In this document: in pieces, positions 14,161 to 27,885 of the stretch | Layout: every line of letters begins with the position of its first letter | Position numbering within the stretch: the stretch's first letter is position 1 | Origin: Eledone cirrhosa | Lineage: Eukaryota | Assembly (NCBI GenBank): GCA_964016885.1 | Contig: OZ024762.1 | Location: 9,114,001-9,178,000, forward strand | Length of the DNA: 64,000 nt | Direction: 5' to 3' | The notes under the pieces: model-generated | What the model was told of the DNA's origin: nothing | The model's database searches: none | The model's input: the letters and a program-made list of their open reading frames with translations, nothing else | Program-made: the position numbers and the translations under genes

Positions 14161-14760
14161 CAGGTCACCAGTTGGTGCTACTGGTAACATGTATCCCAGT
14201 ACAACCTGTCCCATGGTCGGGTCGTTGGCGACTAAACTGGCAACCCCACCAAGGTTCCTTGGTGAGGAGGGTGACTTTGGACATCCTGCAGGACTAAAAA
14301 CAAAACTTGTCAAAGCAGCTCTTAAGAGTCAATGGCCATCCAAAATCACCGGGAGAGATGACCCCTTAGCCTTTGTCAAGGCAGAAATCTAGGAGAAGGA
14401 AAACTCTGGTATAACACCTGCAGCCCTGATGGTATCCAATGATGTTGACTTGTTCTTCTTTTTGGTAAATATCATCTTGGTTAAGAGAGTGGGACTGGCT
14501 TTGTGCAGTGCCTTTGCTCACTATAAAAGCTTCACGGCACAGGCATTGCTTTATATCTGGAGATCTCTCTGCACTTGTCGTCACATGGTACAATGGGCCC
14601 AGCACTATGTGTCAATAATTGTCACAAGTGTAGTGTTTGTACCAGAGTTTTCAAGGCCCTGGCTGGACTAAAAAGTCACACTTGTTCAGCGGATCGGTAG
14701 GGGTTCTCCTACATGGATATAAAGTAGTGGCCGTACTCGAAAACGAGTTGGCAGCCACCA
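14161..14760 (+). mobile_element. Non-autonomous RTE-derived element (5' UTR-like region plus zinc-finger 3' end)
   Basis: 3' part homologous to 35234-35452, which encodes CSVCTRVFKSLAGLKSHTRSAHR*; followed by a simple-repeat tail. Confidence 0.65.
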
Positions 14761-14946
14761 TGTGTGTACCTATATGTGTGACTGTGTGTGTGTATGTGTA
14801 TTTATGTGTGTGTGTATGTATATAAGTGTGTGTGTATTTATGTATGTATGTATGTATAGTTAGGTATGTATATATTTGTGGATATGTGTGTGTGTGTGTG
14901 TGTCTATTTATATGTGTGTGTGTCTGTATGTATGTATGTGGGGACA

Positions 14947-15281
14947 TAGAAATAATCGGGCTGGATACCCGATTGCACGGTTAAACCACTGGGAGTGAAG
15001 GACCCCTAGTCAGGGCATTCTTCTAGAAGGCAACTCAGGAAACTGGGATAACTCCGATATAAAACCTGCGGCTCAGTATTTACCGATGATGTTGATCTTT
15101 TCTTCTTTTCGGGTTATAGCTACTGTCGCTCAGGGAGTGGGATTGGCTCAGTGCACAGTCTTTTCTCACTTTAAAAAAATCTTCACGCACAGGCATTGCA
15201 CGATGGAATTAATTGATAATTATTAATAATGTTATATCGTGCAATGGCCATACTCGATAACGAGGGGGCAGCCATCATCAT
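14947..15281 (+). mobile_element. Short retroposon sharing its 3' end with the RTE element; second copy at 20055-20397 (-)
   Basis: Reverse complement of 20055-20397; ends TGGCCATACTCGATAACGAGGGGGCAGCCATCAT then (TGTA)n. Confidence 0.75.
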
Positions 15282-15350
15282 GTATGTATGTATGTATGTA
15301 TGTATGTATGTATGTATGTATGTATGTATGTGTGTGTGTATGTATAAAAT

Positions 15351-15620
15351 CGAGGGTCGACTGAAAAGTTCATAGGCTGACCAAGATGCTCTCATGAAAT
15401 GGCCAAATGAGGTTTAATTTTTAACATAGTCCCTGAAAAGAAACAATGCAGTTATAAAGAAAAAGAGTTGTAATTAATGCATGCAAAATTTCAGAGCTCA
15501 AGCATCGCTCGTTCATAGTCAGCTTATGGGTTTTCCATGGACTATGTTAAAAAATAAACCTCATGTGGTCATTCCATGAGAGTATCTTGGTAAGCCTATG
15601 AACCTTTCAGCCAACCATCG
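15351..15620. mobile_element. Tc1/mariner-type MITE
   Basis: About 80-bp imperfect TIRs starting CGAGGGTCGACTGAAAAGTTCATAGGCT; TA at the right flank. Confidence 0.75.
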
Positions 15621-15659
15621 TAATTGTATGCAATGAGTAAGGTTGGGTTTGCCTCACTA

Positions 15660-18200
15660 AAATCTAGTCTAATATGTCATCAAAAAAGCTATGACAATAG
15701 TTATACATAGAATAATAAAGAATAGATTTGAGCCTCGGAAGTGAATAATTATACATAATATAGTAAATAATACATTTGAGCCAACGATAAAAGTAGTTAA
15801 ATAGATTTGAGCCAGAAAGGACAATAGTTATGCGAAATATAGTAGATAATAGATAGATTTGGGCAAGGATGACAATAGTTATACATAATATAGTAAATAA
15901 AGATGGTTAAGTGTAGTAGAGTAGTCAACAGACTTGAGCCAATGATGACAATAATTATACGAAATATTGTTCATAATGGATTCGACCTAAGGATGAAAAT
16001 AGTTACACATAGTCTAGTAAATGGATTTCAGTCGACGATATATATGATATAGTAGTCAACTAAATAATAGATTTGAACCAAGGATTACAATAGTTATAGG
16101 TAGGCTAGTAAATAATAGATTTGAACCAAGGATTACAATAGTTATAGGTAGGCTAGTAAATAATAGATTTGAACCAAGGATGACAATAGTTATAGGTAGT
16201 CAACTAAATAATAGATTTGAACCAAGGATTACAATAGTTATAGGTAGGCTAGTAAATAATAGATTTGAACCAAGGATGACAATAGTTATAGGTAGGCTAG
16301 TAAATAATAAATTTGAACCAAGGATTTCAATAGTTATAGGTAGGCTAGTAAATAATAGATTTGAACCAAGGATCACAATAGTTATAGGTAGGCTAGTAAA
16401 TAATAGATTTGAACCAAGGATCCCAATAGTTATAGGTAGGCTAGTAAATAATAGATTTGAACCAAGGATTTCAATAGTTATAGGTAGGCTAGTAAATAAT
16501 AGATTTGAACCAAGGATTTCAATAGTTATAGGTAGGCTAGTAAATAATAGATTTGAACCAAGGATCACAATAGTTATAGGTAGGCTAGTAAATAATAGAT
16601 TTGAACCAAGGATCACAATAGTTATAGGTAGGCTAGTAAATAATAGATTTGAACCAAGGATTTCAATAGTTATAGGTAGGCTAGTAAATAATAGATTTGA
16701 ACCAAGGATTTCAATAGTTATAGGTAGGCTAGTAAATAATAGATTTGAACCAAGGATCACAATAGTTATAGGTAGGCTAGTAAATAATAGATTTGAACCA
16801 AGGATCACAATAGTTATAGGTAGGCTAGTAAATAATAGATTTGAACCAAGGATCACAATAGTTATAGGTAGGCTAGTAAATAATAGATTTGAACCAAGAT
16901 TAGTAAATAATAGATTTGAATAGGTAGGCTAGTAAATAATAGATTTGAACCACGGATGACAATAGTTATAAGCAGGGCCGCTGCCAGAGTATCTGGCACC
17001 CTAGGCGAGGTTAGATTCTGTCTCACCCATCCTCGGAAAATATCAATTTCAAAATTTATAAACAATAAATTTAAAAAAAAAATTGTTTCTACATTTATTT
17101 GTCCCTGTATGAAATAAACCTTGATACAAAACGACCCTCAATTAAACTAAATTTATTTATCTATTTATTTTTCAAAATTGTTATTGATTTGAAAAAATCC
17201 GACCCTGAAATCAGCCCCCTAGGTGGCTGCCTAGTTTGCCTGTATGGTAGCGCCGGCCCTGGTTATAAGTAGGCTAGAAAATAATAGACTTGAACCCATG
17301 ATAGAGTTAAACCAATGATTACAATAGTTATAGCTAGGCTAGTAAATGATAGATTTGAACCGAGGATCACAATAGTTATACGTAAGTTAGAAAATAATAG
17401 ATTTGAACCAATGATCACTATAATTGCAGGTAGGCTAGTAAATAATAGATTTGAACCTAGGATCACAAGAGTTATACGTAAGTTAGAAAATAATAGATTT
17501 GAACCAATGATCACTATAGTTATAGGTAGGCTAGTAAATAATAGATTTGAACCAATGATCACAATAATTGCAGGTAGGCTAGTAAATAATAGATTTGAAC
17601 CAATGATCACAATAATTGCAGGTAGGCTAGTAAATAATAGATTTGAACCAATGATCACTATAATTGCAGGTAGGCTAGTAAATAATAGATTTGAACCAAT
17701 GATCACTATAGTTATAGGTAGGCTAGTAAATAATAGATTTGAACCAATGATCACTATAATTGCAGGTAGGCTAGTAAATAATAGATTTGAACCAATGATC
17801 ACTATAATTGCAGGTAGGCTAGTAAATAATAGATCTGAACCTAGGATCACAAGAGTTATAGGTAAGTTAGAAAATAATAGATTTGAACCAATGATCACTA
17901 TAGTTATAGGTAGGCTAGTAAATAATAGATTTGAACCAATGATCACTATAGTTATAGGTAGGCTAGTAAATAATAGATTTGAACCAATGATCACTATAAT
18001 TGCAGGTAGGCTAGTAAATAATAGATTTGAACCAATGACCACTATAATTGCAGGTAGGCTAGTAAATAATAGATTTGAACCAATGATCACTATAATTGCA
18101 GGTAGGCGAGTAAATAATAGATTTGAACCAATGATCACTATAATTGCAGGTAGGCTAGTAAATAATAGATTTGAACCAAGGATTACAATAGTTATAGGTA
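15660..18200. repeat. 48-bp minisatellite, degenerate at the left end and interrupted by a hAT MITE
   Basis: Unit CTAGTAAATAATAGATTTGAACCAAGGATCACAATAGTTATAGGTAGG. Confidence 0.95.
16973..17261. mobile_element. hAT-type MITE inserted in the minisatellite
   Basis: TIRs CAGGGCCG / CGGCCCTG; perfect 8-bp TSD GTTATAAG (16965-16972, 17262-17269). Confidence 0.9.
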
Positions 18201-18949
18201 ATATATAATGTAGGAAATAAAAAAAAAAGTGAACGACAAGTTAGTAACGTTCTTAGCCAGAAAGATAAAAGGCAAATTTTTTCTCGGTGAGAAATAATGT
18301 TGTTTTGTAAATAACGATTTCTAATTTAGGCATAAGGACAACAATTTGTATGGGTGTATGTGCGTGTGTGTGGTGGGGGAAGGATTCGATTATATCGACC
18401 TCAGCACCTGACTGGTAACTTATTTTATTGATTCCGGAAGCATCAAAGACAAATTTGTCATTGGTGATAATGAAATATATCGTTTGTATATAATGCTAAT
18501 TACAATAGTGTGTTGATGCGGGTAATATATACATATATATAATAATAATAATAATAATGATAATAATAATAATGATAAACAGATAAGAACAACAATAATG
18601 AATAATAAAAATAGCGTTCAGAAGAATATCTATCGATGTGTATTAGTGATGGTCTCGTCGAGGGTCTGTGCGTGTATATATATATATATATATGTGTGTG
18701 TGTATATATATATGTGTGTGTGCGTTTTTTCGTGTGTGTATATATATATATGTATATATATATGTATGTGTATATATATGTGTGTATATATATATATGTG
18801 TGTGTGTATATGTATATATATATGTATGTATATATATATATGTATGTATATATGTATATATATATGTATATATATATGTATGTATATATATATACATATG
18901 TATATATGTGCATGTGTGTGTATATGTATATGTGTGTGTGCGTTTTTTC

Positions 18950-18997
<48 letters not shown>

Positions 18998-18999
18998 AC

Positions 19000-19032
<33 letters not shown>

Positions 19033-19136
19033 TGTGCAGATATATATGTGTGTGTATATATCTATATATATATGTATGTATATATATATATATATGTATG
19101 TATGTATATATATGTATGCATATATATATATGTATG

Positions 19137-19189
<53 letters not shown>

Positions 19190-19276
19190 ATGTATATATA
19201 TATATGTATGTATATGTATATATATATGTATGCGTATATATATATATGTATGTATATATACATATGTATGTATATA

Positions 19277-19309
<33 letters not shown>

Positions 19310-19352
19310 GTATATATATATATACATATATATATGTATATATGTATATATA

Positions 19353-19406
<54 letters not shown>

Positions 19407-19785
19407 TATACATATACACACACACATGTATGTTAAGTTATATTGGCGTATATCAATATATATCCAAGTGAAGATTATCCAATAGGGTGCGCACAGGACA
19501 AAGAGAATGGGCAGTCCTCTCTCCTCAGTCAACCCCTGGAATTCACTACGGTTTCAGTAGATTATCGTTAACCCTTTCATTCCACTGCACATTGGGACAC
19601 AACAAAACAAGTAGAGGCAAGTTATGTTTTAGGCAAGTCACACACATACACACACATATATGGAAAAACAAAAGTAGGTTTTGAAACATGCACTGGGTGA
19701 CATATATATATATATATATATATAAACGCATATACACACACGAACACACACGCACACACACACATAGACACATACACACACACAT

Positions 19786-19816
<31 letters not shown>

Positions 19817-19860
19817 CATATAGGGAAAACGAAAGTAGGGTTCGAAACATGCACTGACTG

Positions 19861-19899
<39 letters not shown>

Positions 19900-19977
19900 T
19901 ATATAAACGCATACACATACACGAACATATACATACACACACAGACACAGACACACACACACACACACACACATATA

Positions 19978-20043
<66 letters not shown>

Positions 20044-20054
20044 TATATATATAT

Positions 20055-20394
20055 ATGATGGCTGCCCCCTCGTTATCGAGTATGACCATTGCACGATATA
20101 CCATTATTAATAATTATTAATTCATTCTATCGTGCAATGCCTGTGCGTGAAGATATTTTTTAAAGTGAGGAAAGACTGTGCACTGAGCCAATCCCACTCT
20201 CTGAGTGACATTAGCTATAACCCGAAAAGAAGAAAAGATCAACATAATCGGTAACTACTGAGCCGCAGGTTTTATATCGGAGTTATCCCAGTTTCCTGAG
20301 TTGCCTTCTCCTAGAAGAATGCCCTGACAAAGGCTAGGGGTCCTTCACTCCCAGTGATTTAACCGCACGATCGGGTATCCAGCCCAACTATTTC

Positions 20395-20397
<3 letters not shown>
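20055..20397 (-). mobile_element. Short retroposon, copy of 14947-15281
   Basis: High reverse-complement similarity by eye. Confidence 0.75.
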
Positions 20398-20437
<40 letters not shown>

Positions 20438-20553
20438 CATATACATACACATGCATCCATGTATATACACATATACATATATATATATACATATGTACAT
20501 TTGTATATACATATTTACACACCTTTGGATGGCCGTTGACTATTATGAGTTCT

Positions 20554-20639
<86 letters not shown>

Positions 20640-20740
20640 CATATATATATACATATATATATATATGTATGTATATACATATATATATATATGTATATAT
20701 ATATATATGTATGTATATATATATATATGTATGTATATAC

Positions 20741-20774
<34 letters not shown>

Positions 20775-20988
20775 GTATGTATATATGTATATATATATAT
20801 ATATATATGTATGTATATATATATATATATATATGTATGTATATACATATATATATATATATATGTATGTATATACATATATATATGTATGTATATACAT
20901 ATATATATATGTAATACATTATGAAGAGAGAAGAAACATTTAGATATAATTAGTAATAAAATGTATCATACCTAAACTGCTCCTAAAT

Positions 20989-21076
20989 TCCTCGACTACG
21001 TAGTTTCGTGGCATAAACAAAAACAATATATCAAAGATATAGAGTCCCTGCGAGGTCTGCCAACTTATCAAGAGGA
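20989..21076 (-). ncRNA. Hammerhead ribozyme, U3-A8 variant (inverted copy)
   Basis: Reverse complement of 21780-21867. Confidence 0.75.
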
Positions 21077-21779
21077 TACCTCATTTTACTAGTCTCAAGA
21101 ACGCGTCTACACGACGTGAGAAAGAATCCCAAAAGGCGGAGGGGGAGATAGTCACGCGATATAACGGTCGAGAAACAGAGCTAAGCCTCCTATAACCACG
21201 AAGAAAATACCACGGAGGCGGAGGGGGTATTCATATCGAGGCCGTAGAAGAGGTAGTGAAGAAGGCGAGAAGTATGAGTAATGGAAGCTTTCCAGTTGTC
21301 CCCACATTATCCTAATTATATCTAAATGTTTCTTCTCTCTTCATAATGTATTTTTAACTCTGATACTGGTTCAGTCTGGTTCAAACTGAATTGGTCTGTC
21401 CCAGTCATTCATTGAGCAACATCGGTGAAGTTGGCACCCTTAACTCACAGTTGGGTGCGGATGCATTCATGTATATATGTGTGTGTCCGCATGTATCTGT
21501 GTGTTTCTAAATATATTAATAACTCCCTCTGGTCGAGCAATCTTTGAGGTGTGGGGAAAACTGGAAAGCTTCCATTACTCATACTTCTCGCCTTCTTCAC
21601 TACCTCTTCTACGGCCTCGATATGAATACCCCCTCCGCCTCCGTGGTATTTTCTTCGTGGTTATAGGAGGCTTAGCTCTGTTTCTCGACCGTTATATCGC
21701 GTGACTATCTCCCCCTCCGCCTTTTGGGATTCTTTCTCACGTCGTGTAGACGCGTTCTTGAGACTAGTAAAATGAGGTA

Positions 21780-21867
21780 TCCTCTTGATAAGTTGGCAGA
21801 CCTCGCAGGGACTCTATATCTTTGATATATTGTTTTTGTTTATGCCACGAAACTACGTAGTCGAGGA
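21780..21867 (+). ncRNA. Type I hammerhead ribozyme, U3-A8 variant with a large loop II
   Basis: TCCTC-TTGATAA-GTTGGCA..TGCCAC-GAAA-CTACGTAG-TC-GAGGA; predicted cleavage after 21862. Confidence 0.8.
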
Positions 21868-22370
21868 ATTTAGGAGCAGTTTAGGTATGATACATTTTAT
21901 TACTAATTATATCTAAATGTTTCTTCTCTCTTCATAATGTATTTTTAACTCTGATACTGGTTCAGTCTGGTTCAAACTGAATTGGTCTGTCCCAGTCATT
22001 CATTGAGCAACATCGGTGAAGTTGGCACCCTTAACTCACAGTTGGGTGCGGATGCATTCATGTATATATGTGTGTGTCCGCATGTATCTGTGTGTTTCTA
22101 AATATATTAATAACTCCCTCTGGTCGAGCAATCTTTGAGGTGTGGGGACAACTGGAAAGCTTCCATTACTCATACTTCTCGCCTTCTTCACTACCTCTTC
22201 TACGGCCTCGATATGAATACCCCCTCCGCCTCCGTGGTATTTTCTTCGTGGTTATAGGAGGCTTAGCTCTGTTTCTCGACCGTTATATCGCGTGACTATC
22301 TCCCCCTCCGCCTTTTGGGATTCTTTCTCACGTCGTGTAGACGCGTTCTTGAGACTAGTAAAATGAGGTA

Positions 22371-22458
22371 TCCTCTTGATAAGTTGGCAGACCTCGCAGG
22401 GACTCTATATCTTTGATATATTGTTTTTGTTTATGCCACGAAACTACGTAGTCGAGGA
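22371..22458 (+). ncRNA. Type I hammerhead ribozyme, U3-A8 variant (second tandem copy)
   Basis: Same sequence as 21780-21867; predicted cleavage after 22453. Confidence 0.8.
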
Positions 22459-22847
22459 ATTTAGGAGCAGTTTAGGTATGATACATTTTATTACTAATTA
22501 TATCTAAATGTTTCTTCTCTCTTCATAATGTATTTTTAACTCTGATACTGGTTCAGTCTGGTTCAAACTGAATTGGTCTGTCCCAGTCATTCATTGAGCA
22601 ACATCGGTGAAGTTGGCACCCTTAACTCACAGTTGGGTGCGGATGCATTCATGTATATATGTGTGTGTCCGCATGTATCTGTGTGTTTCTAAATATATAT
22701 ATATATGTATGTAAATACATATATATATATATATACATATTATATATATACATATTATGAGCCTTCCCAAGTATAACAATATATATACATACATATTTAT
22801 ATATATACATACATACATATATATAATTAAATATATATATATATATG

Positions 22848-23205
22848 ACTAGCAGATTTACCCGGCGTTGCTCGGGGTTTGAAATTATGCTAAGAATATA
22901 CAGCTAGGAAGTAAAAGAAGAAAATTATTTGTCCCCAATCTGTCAAAATAAGCAGTCTATTTATAAGGATTGTCAATAAAGTTGGTTATCTCCCTTACAT
23001 CAATCTTGCTACCGATAATTTTGATATCGATTTTTTACTGCTCAACGTGGGTCGATTGGAAAAGTTTTTGTGATGTGACCATTTTAGCGACCCGTGCAAC
23101 GTGCACGGAAAATTTGCTCAAATTCGGTTAGTAATTGTAAAAGCCTTAGGTATCCAAAGTTGTACACAGACACACACACATCCTCGCTTTTATATATATA
23201 AAGAT
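22848..23205 (-). mobile_element. Non-autonomous Helitron-like element
   Basis: Minus strand starts TC.. and ends ..CTAG with subterminal hairpin CCCGAGCAACGCCGGG; a similar end occurs at 446-474. Confidence 0.6.
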
Positions 23206-23579
23206 ATATATATATATAATATATATATACTGTAGTATAAGTTTGGTAGAAATATCCAAGGGTAAGAGCACACAGTCCATAGGACGAGTTAAGTATAATA
23301 ACTTACAACAGTGACACAAACACCTACTTAAGTTTCGTTGAGTTATGCACGTAAACTCATTCAGCCTGTTAGATAAAAAGAGAAGCCATCTTTCTTTATA
23401 TAACAGGCTGAATGAGTTAGTGTTTATGTCACTGTTGTAACTAATTATTTATCTATCTAAATATCTATCTATCTATCTCTCTGTCTGTCTGTCTGTCTCT
23501 ATGTCTGTCTGTCTGTCTATCTATCTATATCTCTTTCTCTCTCTCTCTCTCTATCTCTCACTCTCTCTCTCTCACTCTC

Positions 23580-23631
<52 letters not shown>

Positions 23632-24076
23632 CACTATATATGCATATATATATAATTAGTTACAATAGGGAAATATACAAATTGTATATCTCACTATTAC
23701 AACAACAACCATTACTGCTACTGCTACGATTAGAACTACTACTACTACTACTACTAATAATAATAATAATAATACTACTACTCAAAACAACAGCAAATAT
23801 ATCATTGTGCAGGTTTGACTGTCGATCGAACCCGAGACTCCGGCAGCAAAAGTACTATGACAATAACAAACAGTAAATGAAACACGTTGTTTATCTTCTG
23901 GGCAGCGGGGAGATCAATGGAATCAATATCTCTCCAGTGATGTCATTATTTCACCATTTGATTGGGTATCGATCTAACTCACCTCGTATGTTCAGGAAGA
24001 ACAATAAGTCTTTAAACTTCAAAGAATTTATATTTTTTTAATGCACAAAAGACAGTGAGTATTGAAAATAAACTAC

Positions 24077-24276
<200 letters not shown>

Positions 24277-24343
24277 GTATATATATTTATATTTATATAT
24301 TTATATATATATATATATATATATGTATAAAGGTATATATATT

Positions 24344-24437
<94 letters not shown>

Positions 24438-24598
24438 TATATATATATATTTATATATATATATTTATATATATATATTTATATATATATATATATATAT
24501 AAAGGTATATATATATTTATATATATATTTATATATATATAAAGGTATATATATATATATATATGTGAGAAAAACCACAGACCCTCCATCTCAACTCA

Positions 24599-24636
24599 CC
24601 TTTTGAAAAGCAGAAGAACTGCGAAACCGGTAAAGG
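24599..24636 (+). ncRNA. Minimal type I hammerhead ribozyme, U3-A8 variant
   Basis: CCTT-TTGAAAA-GCAG-AAGAA-CTGC-GAAA-CCGG-TA-AAGG; stems I and II perfect; palindromic ACCGGT. Confidence 0.75.
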
Positions 24637-24768
24637 AACCAAATAAATATATATATTTTAAAAAAAAATAAGACTTCAGTTGCATTTTCGATTTCATCCC
24701 TTTTTCTTTATACTTCCACTCGTGTAGGACACCTCGGTTATTTTTCATTTTGTAAAAAAAACCCTCAC

Positions 24769-24911
<143 letters not shown>

Positions 24912-24938
24912 AAGGTATATATATATATATATATATAT

Positions 24939-25022
<84 letters not shown>

Positions 25023-25350
25023 GTATATATATATATATATATATTTATATAAAGGTATATATGTGTGTCTATGTATGTCTGTCTGTGTGGGTATGTGTGT
25101 GTGTTTTTAGATGTTTAGATTTATGTATACGCACAGACACGCACACACACATGCACATATATATGTCAATCTTTCTCTCTCTATATGAGTGTGTATATGT
25201 GTATTTACATATATATATATATATATATATATATGTTTATCCTGGATTCAATCGGAGGTAACCACAGTAAGTAAGGTACTCAATACATAGCAGAGTGTAT
25301 AAATATTTAATATAGAAACGGCTTCGACAGGATCGGAACTGTTTCATTCG

Positions 25351-25400
25351 GGCTACCTGATGATTTCTCCCGAATGAAACAGTTCTAGTCCTGTAGAAGT
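25351..25400 (+). ncRNA. Hammerhead motif (family A) with an upstream inverted copy (25258-25352)
   Basis: GGCTAC-CTGATGA-TTTCTCCCGAAT-GAAA-CAG-TTCTAGTC-CTG-TA-GAAGT. Confidence 0.7.
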
Positions 25401-25638
25401 GATTTATGTATATATATATATAACAACTAGAAATTGATTAACATATAAATAAACATATGAAACAATCACAGGGGATAATGTTTATTTATATGTTAATCAA
25501 TTTCTAGTTGTTATAAAATGCTCGGACCTATTCATTAGAATCTTGGAGCTTATTTTACGGGTGATATGGTGCATGCCTTTCTGGCATGACACCCATAATT
25601 TTGATTTAGATAAAATTCTCTTTGATTTATCTTAATTT

Positions 25639-25669
<31 letters not shown>

Positions 25670-25889
25670 CATTTGATTTATTGATTTATTGATATTTTAT
25701 CTGAGTGTCCCGAATCTTCCAGATCGTAATTTTTCGGTCGTATGGTTGATTTTAGACATGTTCTATGTGTGTCGGTATTTTAACGATAGTTATAGCTCTG
25801 ATTTATCTGAATTATTGAGCCCTCTGCCGCTCATTTCGAATTTTGTTTATCGTGAACTCGTGCGCCGATTTTTCGATACTCGATTATTC

Positions 25890-25930
<41 letters not shown>

Positions 25931-25956
25931 TATTGAGCAAAATTTAATGTATAAAA

Positions 25957-26018
25957 ATCTGACGAACGAATGAAAACGTTTCTTTCGTATTCGCCTCATT
26001 CGGGAAACCTCTGGTAAT
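25957..26018 (+). ncRNA. Hammerhead-like motif with weak stem I
   Basis: CTGACGA-A-CGAATGA..TCATTCG-G-GAAA-CC-TCT-GG-TA; stem I only ~2 bp. Confidence 0.45.
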
Positions 26019-26048
26019 GAGGTAATTATATTGTATTGATTTTTATAC

Positions 26049-26155
<107 letters not shown>

Positions 26156-26424
26156 GTAGTCACGATATCCCATATGCAACCAATGGTTGCATGAGCTAAC
26201 AAACGCCTCAAGAAATACATGCTATTGGTGTTAGTTATATCTTCAGGAGAGTGAGTATATAAATGGTTGAAAGAGAATTTGCATAAAGTCTAGTGGGAGA
26301 AAGGAGAGAAAAATAAAGTAAAGTAAAAACATGAAAGGAAAGTGATAGAGAGGAGCTAACTCTGGTATGAAAATATTTCTCACATGGAAAATACCTGGGC
26401 AATATATATATATAATATAGGAAT

Positions 26425-26474
26425 GGCTTCTACAGGACTAGAACCGTTTCATTCGTGAGAAATCATCAGGAAGC
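26425..26474 (-). ncRNA. Hammerhead motif (family A)
   Basis: Minus strand GCTTC-CTGATGA-TTTCTCACGAAT-GAAA-CGG-TTCTAGTC-CTG-TA-GAAGCC. Confidence 0.8.
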
Positions 26475-26487
26475 GCTGATATATGAG

Positions 26488-26560
<73 letters not shown>

Positions 26561-26644
26561 GTCGATTGACTTTCGTCAAATCGGACCGAGGAAACAATGT
26601 TTCCATTGGTCTTTCCAATTACTAATACTATCTATCGGTCGCAA

Positions 26645-26776
26645 CTCCAGGTAGAAGGAACAACGTGATATAAAGTGTCTTGCCCAAGGACATAACGCAT
26701 CGCCCGGTCCAGCAATCGAACTCAAAACCTCACGATTGAGAGTTCAATTCTCTTACCACTCAGCCACGCGCCTTCA
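26645..26776 (-). mobile_element. CORE-type tRNA SINE head fragment
   Basis: Minus strand GGCGCGTGGCTGAGTGGTAAG..GAGTTCGATT..GTCCTTGGGCAAGACACTTTA. Confidence 0.7.
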
Positions 26777-26965
<189 letters not shown>

Positions 26966-27071
26966 GTAGAACACTGGAAGGTAATTGGAAGGTAATATCC
27001 GTAGTGGTAGAGCACTCAGTCCATGGGACGAGTTAGGTAGAAGTGGTTACACAACAGTTAGTTCACCATAC

Positions 27072-27109
27072 CGAGAACAATTGTTTCACCTTAGCGGATC
27101 TTCAGCTCG
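27072..27109 (-). ncRNA. Minimal type I hammerhead ribozyme
   Basis: Minus strand CGAG-CTGAAGA-TCC-GCTAA-GGT-GAAA-CAATTG-TT-CTCG; palindromic ACAATTGT; downstream region related to 23245-23315. Confidence 0.7.
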
Positions 27110-27296
27110 TAATGGACATGGTTATACGGAACAGGAAGGACAACCGTACGAACGCGCATGCGCAGAAACCGGTCACTTCACACAGACAATACTAAAATGC
27201 GTACGATATGTGTAAGGGAGATAACTGCAAAAGTCCGAAAACTTTTTAGTTGATAAGAAAATGATGATGTTGTTGTAATGATCATATCCGGAACTT

Positions 27297-27364
<68 letters not shown>

Positions 27365-27564
27365 TATATTTCTTTCCTCTTTCTTCCCCCCTTTTCACTA
27401 TCTTTTCTTTCCCTCAAGGCCTTTTAATCGATAAAAGGCCTTGAGCGCGCTGCTGATCAATTTCGATGTTCTGTTTTAAGCGCCGAAACATCAATGACCC
27501 GCAGTTATCAGCTGATGAAGAGCTCCTTTTCTTCTCTTGTTTACGTCCATATTACTATCTTACA

Positions 27565-27608
<44 letters not shown>

Positions 27609-27650
27609 TATGTATAAAGAGAGAGAGAGAGAATTGTGATATAATACTTC

Positions 27651-27694
<44 letters not shown>

Positions 27695-27847
27695 GAAAAG
27701 AGTCAGGACCCCGACGGCTGAGCTCCGGCCGTTTCGACAGCTAGACTCATACTTCCAGGTGTATCTGGGGCACTTTATTCCTTGCGGGACTCACTACACA
27801 CTCTCTCCAAGTTTGAACAGTCAATTTTTCCCAAAGAATGAGAGAGA

Positions 27848-27885
<38 letters not shown>

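Larger units (their letters stand above)
20913..22696 (+). mobile_element. Retrozyme/PLE-pLTR-like element: inverted segment (20913-21306) plus ~2.3 tandem 591-bp units, one HHR per unit
   Basis: Near-identical repeats offset by 591 bp; (TA)n on both flanks; no credible ORF. Confidence 0.85.

Noticed and set aside
14195-14242. Possible HDV-like ribozyme at the 5' end of the RTE-derived element (CCAGT..GTCG-TTGG-CGAC-TAA-ACTGG)
   Set aside because: P2- and P4-like pairings are visible, but I could not build convincing P1 and P3/L3; needs a consensus and covariance model.
16180-18208. Long repetitive ORFs (218-297 aa) on both strands
   Set aside because: Translations of a 48-bp minisatellite whose period is divisible by 3; interrupted by a MITE; no domain signal.
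21525-21560. TAACTCC.. motif suggestive of a twister ribozyme
   Set aside because: The required P4 and pseudoknot partners are not present.
21477-22295. Duplicated 75-aa ORF in the 591-bp unit
   Set aside because: Starts in (TG)n sequence and has no recognisable motif; the duplication simply reflects the tandem repeat.
23318-23372. Hammerhead-like minus-strand motif CTGAATGA..GAAA-CTTAAG-TA
   Set aside because: Extra base in the core and mismatched proximal stem I; not counted as an HHR.
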